Assembly: GCA_004431415.1 (NCBI GenBank)
Contig: QPMI01000143.1
Coordinates: 1-64,000, forward strand
Source: Cyanophora paradoxa CCMP329
Lineage: Eukaryota > Plantae > Glaucophyta
Direction: 5' to 3'
Length of the DNA: 64,000 bases
Shown here one piece after another: positions 57,969 to 64,000 of the stretch. Below the pieces are notes generated by a model, which was not told where the DNA came from, made no database searches, and saw nothing but the letters and a program-made list of their open reading frames with translations. The position numbers and the translations under genes are program-made. The stretch's first letter is position 1. The number at the start of each line of letters is the position of its first letter.

Positions 57969-60362
57969 ATGGGCGTCGGGTCGTCTGTCAGCGGATGGGC
58001 GAGCGAAGAGGCGTGCCGGGGGGCGGTGAAAGGGACTGCGCTCTTCAGGCGCGCGGTCGGCTATGCGACGGAGCAGGATATGCTAGACGCGTGCGCGTCG
58101 CCGGGAGTCTCGGCCTACGCATGTTCAAAGACAAAAGTTCGAGGCACGAACTGGGACTGTAAGAAGTGGTTCGTTTCCGGTCGAGGGTCTGGAAGACTCA
58201 TATGTATGTCTCAAAACTGATTTGGGGCTGCCCGCAGCCCCCCGGTGTCGACGCTGAAGACGTTCGCCACGTCAGATTGCAGCGGGACTGCCCTCCTAAC
58301 GAAAGCCTATGACGGGAGCCCCGACGAAGAGCACGTGCAGAGCGCCATTGCCGATGCATGCGGCAGCAGCGGCGGCGCGTACTACACGTCGACAATGGGG
58401 GCGGCGGGTGGGACGGAGACGGCCTGCACTCGCTGGTTTGCAATCGCAATATATGTTTCATCTGCTTACTTCCAAACCGCCGCTTTAATTTCTGTTTTTC
58501 GCAGCCCCCCTGTGACGGCCGTTTACACGTACTCGGACAAGCAGCCGTACGTCACCCCTGTCTGCTCGAAAATCGCTTCGGCCAAGTACTATTACGGGAC
58601 TCTTTCGAAGTACGAGCCCGGCTCGCCCCTGTCCGCCGACGTGGCTTGCGACCCAGCAAACTCGCGGGCGTACGCTGCCAAAGTGTTCAATGGATCCGGA
58701 GGTAGCGATCTCGGCTGTACTGCTTGGTGCGGCGCGGCAAACGCTCTGCATACATTTTCATCGATTAATGCAATGGGCTCCAGAATATAATATAGATAGA
58801 TAGAATATTTCTCGCTAACTGATCACAATCGCCCGCAGCCCCTCGAGGAGCATCATCACCGCTTACCCGCACGAGGGCTGCTGGAAGCCGTACTTCCAGG
58901 GCCCAGGCTCGCCGAAGGACCTCAGGATCGCCGAGCTCTCGAAAAAGGGCGCCTACCCGCTCACGCAGTCGGATGTCTTCGACCTGCAGGACACGCGGAT
59001 CTACAAGGAACCGCAAATGTGGGAGAAGCTGAAGGCGCGGGCCGGCCTGACGGAAGACGAGGCGCGGGAGCTCATCAGGCTCGCCGTCGATGTTGCTGAC
59101 GAGAGCGAGTACCCCCGCGAGAACCAGGCCACGTTCGACGTCGACCGCTCGACGATCACCCTTGCGGAGGCGCACGGGGCCAAGCCGCAGGAGGCTGTCG
59201 ACGCCTACGGCGCAGTCTGCGCGCAGACGTACCCGCAACTCCTGAACAAGTACGCCTGGAAGGCGGCGGACCCCGAGCTCGCGCAGTTCCGCCTCCGGGA
59301 CGCCCAGTACAAGCCGGAAGCCTTCCGGAGCATCTCCGTTTCGAAGGGCACGTGGCTTGGCGAGCAGGAGAGCTGCCTGAACTGGTGCGAGCGCTGATGC
59401 ATAAGCACGGGGGTTGATGACCAGGCTGCAGCTACGATTACAAAGAAGTCGTCTCTTGCTATCGGAGTATTTACAAGATGGTGGAAGAAACCCGTAAAGA
59501 TGGGAGCGTCATCTGGGCAGAGAGTGATTGTTTTTGTTTCTGCCTCGTAATATATAACTGTACGCAACAGTCGCGCGCTGACGCCGGAAGGACGTCGAGC
59601 CCCGCAGAGCCCGTCAAAACTCTGCAGGTGACGGGCACGCAAGGACATGACACGTGCGCGCCATGGCCAATTGCGAACGTTGACAACATAAACTCACATA
59701 TGCATCGAGTCGAAATAAACCGATTTAGATCTGCATAACGCAATGTCCAGATGCAAGGCAATCAACGTACCGTGCAATGCCACATACCTGGGCGGATCGA
59801 GCGATATCGATTACAATTGCAGGCCCATTATCTACAGCACGGTGCATGCTCCCATTACCTTCACAGATATTAATACGCCGCTGGCGTTAAAAAACGTGCG
59901 GGCAGTCACGGGAAAAGTGCTCGCCATCGTGGTGGACAAAATACTACCCAAAGATTTGCGTTTTTGCGGAGAAAGTGCATGGGTGGGAGTACTGGAAGGA
60001 AGACGACCCGGACAGATCCGACCCAGCTCCGTCCGGCGCCCCCTCTATTTTACATTTGGACGGCGGGATTCAGGCGCGGCACCGGACTCTGATTAAAAAA
60101 CCAGAGCAGCGCTAGCTTCGAGTTCGCGCGGCTGACCTCGGTTCCTGGCCCGTACAGGAACTTAGGGAGGATGAGGAGGGCGAGCTCGATGTGGAGGCGG
60201 AGCTGGAGGGCGAGGACCTCAACTTCTCTGAGCTGGAGCCTGCATGCGCAGCTGCGGTGCAGATCTCTTAAGCTTGTCGCGTGGTACGTCGAAGGCCCCG
60301 TCGCTGAGCGGTCGTGCACGCCACGCACGCAGGCCGAGCTGCTGGAGGACGCTTTGATTTAA
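57969..60362 (+). CDS. Multi-exon Cys-rich orphan protein with exon-bounded CxxC modules and an acidic tail
   Basis: Four successive exons end C-x-x-TG|gt and resume ag|C, giving DCKKC-PP, ACTRC-PP, GCTAC-PS and SCLNC-YD. The C-terminus reads ELREDEEGELDVEAELEGEDLNFSELE..AELLEDALI*. Exons in 59520-60150 are uncertain. Confidence 0.6.
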
Positions 60363-60974
60363 ACGGGGGCTGGCGTCGTCTCGCTGGAGCACGTGCTTGT
60401 AATTTTTGAGGGCGCATCAAGAGATGAAGCCCGAGATCAAGCATTTTGTTATGATCGAAATGCAAGGCTAAATCCAGAGCTAGCGTGAAATAAGAACGTT
60501 TTCTCTAACACCAAAGGCCAGTCATTGTATACGTAAGTTATACATGTGATTTCTGAAGGCTTGAGGCTAAAGCTAGCGTGAAATGAAAGCGTTTTCGGAA
60601 GGGTGCAAGCGCAAGATGCATGTATTGAAAGGCTACTATCAGTGAAAGCGTGCATGATGATCCAAAGATCATGATCACAGACCATATATATATAATTAGA
60701 ATTCTCGCCTCCGTCGGCGCTCGAGCAGATACCGGTACGAAAGCACAGTCGCAGTTAAAGAGAGAAAGATGCATATGCATATGAGATGGACATGAAATGA
60801 GATGAGGCCGCAGTCATCTCGCATACGCGTACGTGTACACGTACAGCGCATCGTGGATCACAACGCAGCAGAAACAAAAACACTCAAAGCCTGCACGGAT
60901 ACGCAGAAAATAAATGGATAGAAAGAAAGAAAAAGAGCCAAAATAACTGAGATGGAGATAGATTTAATTATTAA

Positions 60975-63900
60975 CTACAAGGGCTTGGCGTAGTTAGTGG
61001 AGCTGGGGTCTGGGGCGTCGCGGTCGGCGTCTTTCGCGGCAGCCGCGGCTGCCGGCGCCGGAGCCGGGGGATGGAGCTGCGCCGGCGCGGCGACGTCGCT
61101 AGCGCTGGCCGCGGCCGGTAGCGGAGCCGGCGCAGCGGCAGCGGCTTTTGCGGAAGCAGCCCCCGCCGAGCTGGAGGCGCCGTCCAGCGCCTGCCGCGCT
61201 CCGACGGTGCGCCGGCCGCGCCGGTCGAAGCCGAACGCGAGCCCGGAGAGGGCGACGAGCGGCGAGCTCCCGCCCCCGTCGCCTGGACGAGCGTGCACGG
61301 AGCCGCTCAGTCAAAGACAAAGCGGAATGAAAAGATGGGGACGCACCGGCACTGCTGCCCGTCTCGTCGTCGCTGCTCTGCTCTCCATCCAAAAGGGTGC
61401 GAAGGGAAGGCACGCGCAGAGCCACGTAGCGGGGTACCAGCTTAAGGAACTGGGCAGGGGGTACGACAGTCAGGGCCAGGATCCGCTTGCGAGGGCCGGC
61501 CCAGAGCGGAGGGGCCCGGGTCAGGGAAGAGGGGCGGACCTGGGAGGCGCGCGTGCACTCGTCCTCGAGCCGAATCAGCATCGGGCGGAAGGCGAAGACT
61601 GCGGCGGACGGAAACGTTAACGCTTCAGAAACCCGACGCGCCTTTCTAATTAAAATCCACAGGTACTAGTTAATTATATAGTTCCGCGGGCAGCAAGAAG
61701 AAGCCTCAAGCTTGTAATTAATCAAGGGCGGGGCGCGCACGGTAGACGGAGGCAGTGACGAGGATCATGAAGGCGAGGACCCCGCCCTCCGCCGAGAGGA
61801 TGACCCCGATCTTCCGCGCCGCCTCCTGCCCGCCCCGGGCCCAGCCCGCGGTTTAGATTAGAGGAGGAGAGGGTGAGGGAGGGGAGGGGGCGCCGGCCGA
61901 CCTCGGCGTACAGGCGGGTGGCGGTCTCGCAGCCCTGGTCCACGTCGAGGCCCATCTCCTCCATGTCCGCCAGCGACGGGTAGTCCCTGCGCATGCGCGA
62001 CCCTCGCCTCAGCGGGCGGGCGCCGCGAGGTCTGGATTCGAGAGATTCGCACTGACCGGACCAGACCGCTGAAGTCGTATCGCGGGGATGGCTGCAGGAA
62101 CTGTTAGTGACGTTTCGACGGTTAGCCAGACGGCGTCGACGCACAATGAGCTCGTTGGGGCTCCAGTCGGTTCGGAAGCTTCCGTTCGAAGTCAGCGCAC
62201 CGGTGCTCTGCTCAATACCGGTTAGCATTCTCGTCCAGAGACCTCGGGAAGAAGCTCAAGCGTAAGGCGCGCGGGGCGCGGGCGCCGACCATTGCGAGCC
62301 GCATCGCGGCGCGGGAGAACGAAGTGAGCGCCCAGTCCAGGCCCTTCGACGTCTGCGGCCGCAGTCGATCGCGGCTCGGCGAGTTGGACGGCGCCAACCC
62401 CGTCGCCGGGGCTTCGAGGAGGCCCACCTCGTCCGTCCGGAGCGTCCGGTTGGCCGCGCCGCACTCGGAAGCATCCGTCCGCAGGCAGGAGCGCGCGTAC
62501 ATCAAATCTGACGAAAGGCCGTCCGTCGACGCGCGCGGCGCGATCGACACCGCGAGCGGCGCGGGGCTCTACGGCTAAGAGCACCTGTCATAGCACCGAA
62601 GTCGAAGGCCCGCGTGCCCTCCTGCAGCGAAAGTTGATTGGAATTGGAAATGTATACGTAGCGCGGAATTAAAGAGCGGGGTCCAGGACCGGTACCTCAG
62701 GATTCCCGAACATGAGGTTGTCGTTCGCCTTGCGGGCCATCGAGATGGACTCGCCCAAGCGCCGCGCCGACTCGCCCTTGCTCGCGATCGCGCCGTCGTT
62801 GACCATCATCTCCAGAGTGTACGTCTGCATCTGCCGCGCGTAATACTGACGCAGCCCCGACATGCGAATCTGCGAGACCGCAGCCGTCAGGCCATTCAGA
62901 CCGCGGAATATGAATTGAACGCGCGAATTCGATAAAATCGATAGCAGGCACCTCCGCCGGCACTGAGGCGTTGTCGGTCAAGGAGATCATGCACATCATG
63001 TAGATGACGCAGGCGATGATGGCAAGAGACACGACCGACTGCAGAGATGGAAGGGGTTCTGATCAACGGCAACCCGCGGAAATGATGGTGGCGGTGCGAG
63101 AACGAAGCGGGGCACCAGGATGGCCAGAACGCGCATCCGGAAGAAGACGTCGCGCTTCTTCGTCTGGAGACCGCAGTCAACAACTCGCGATCGACGGCAA
63201 AGAAGCCGACACATCAAGCCATGGCCGGCCCAAGGCGTCGCACCCGAACCATGGCGTTCGTCAGCGTCACTGAGGCCCGCCGGATTTCCTCGGCGCCGGC
63301 GGGCATTCCAGAGTTGATCTTCGGCAAAACTAGCCCCGCCGCATCCATCTTCTCGCGCTGAAAGGCGTGCTGTAGCGTCAAGGCACGGCATGTGCACGCG
63401 ACTACAACTCGGAAAGGGCGCACCAGAGTGGCGCCGTCGCCGTCGTCGTTGCCAGGAGCCGCGGCCGACGGGTGGATCTTGGTTCGCCGTCGCAGGCTCG
63501 AGCCGCCCTGCGGCGCAGCTGCAGCGCCCGACGCGCGCGCCTCGTGGTCCGTGTCCCCCGCCGCGTCCGACGCGCGCCGCGCTCCTTTGAGGCCCTCGTC
63601 GGCCGCACGCGGCATGATCGACCCGAGGCCGGCGCCGGCGCCGGCCGCGGAGCTGCGCCGGCTCGCGCCCTCGAGCTCGGCCGCCTCGTCCGGCGGCGTG
63701 AAGCTCGCCCTCGGCGCCAGCAGGTGCGGCGCCGACGGCGCCGGAACGGGCGTGAGCGCAGAGTCGCGCTCGCCGCCCCGCGGCGTGCAGGGCGCCCCCG
63801 CGTCCCCTTCGGCCTTGGAATTCGGGCTCTGCTCCTCCGTGAGATCGAACGTCGTGATGAGCTGGAACGAGTCGGCCCGCGGGGCCTTCGAGCTCTGCCC

Positions 63901-64000
63901 GCCGACGCGCTCCTCGCGATCGGACGGCGAGGGGCCCGTCCAATGCGAGCTCGAGCCGCCGGACGCCACGCCGGAGCCGGGGATCGCCTCGACCGTGTCG
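60975..64000 (-). CDS. 3' part of a TmcB/TmcC (tiny macrocysts)-like large membrane signalling protein
   Basis: A disordered linker is followed by TM VLAIL/SVVSLAIIACVIYMMCM, then IRMSGLRQYYARQ..LEMMVND, LMYARSCLR, GLDWAL, a second TM ILSAEGGVLAFMILVTASVY, and FRPMLIRLEDECTRASQ..LKLVP. This pattern is recalled from TmcB/C-type PAS membrane proteins. Stop at 60975, and the gene continues beyond the window. Confidence 0.55.

Noticed and set aside
1-64000. tRNA, rRNA or spliceosomal snRNA genes
   Set aside because: None were recognised by eye. A tRNAscan-SE/Infernal run would be needed to exclude them formally.

Overview
This is GC-rich eukaryotic nuclear DNA with many short (about 55-90 nt) spliceosomal introns, so almost all long six-frame ORFs are artefacts and genes had to be rebuilt exon by exon by eye. 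The intron style and the Phe-led plastid transit-peptide-like N-termini suggest a glaucophyte such as Cyanophora (inference). Genes in order: a giant RING / ~15x MIB-HERC2 / Cys-rich / WD40 E3 ligase (5'-truncated); a putative plastid-targeted coiled-coil + TM + C-terminal LysM protein; an F-box protein; an NRT2 nitrate transporter; NOP14, hosting two near-identical intronic box C/D snoRNAs; a hypothetical protein; an RNF181-like RING-H2 protein; an MFSD1-like transporter with a transit-peptide-like extension; a SWIM zinc-finger gene with a young non-autonomous LTR element in one intron; a beta-rich protein with 15 perfect TDGATIP repeats and ricin-B-like motifs; a Cys-rich protein built from exon-bounded CxxC modules; and the 3' part of a TmcB/C-like membrane protein. 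The 46-58 kb region is a mobile-element island with two Helentron/HINE-like copies, a hAT-type MITE with an 8-bp TSD, and palindromic heptamer arrays. The best leads are the spliced LysM protein (candidate tether to plastid peptidoglycan), the duplicated dual-guide snoRNA, the frequent GC-AG introns, and the two divergent orphan genes in the TE island. CDS coordinates are whole-gene spans including introns, and all family assignments come from motif recognition without database searches.
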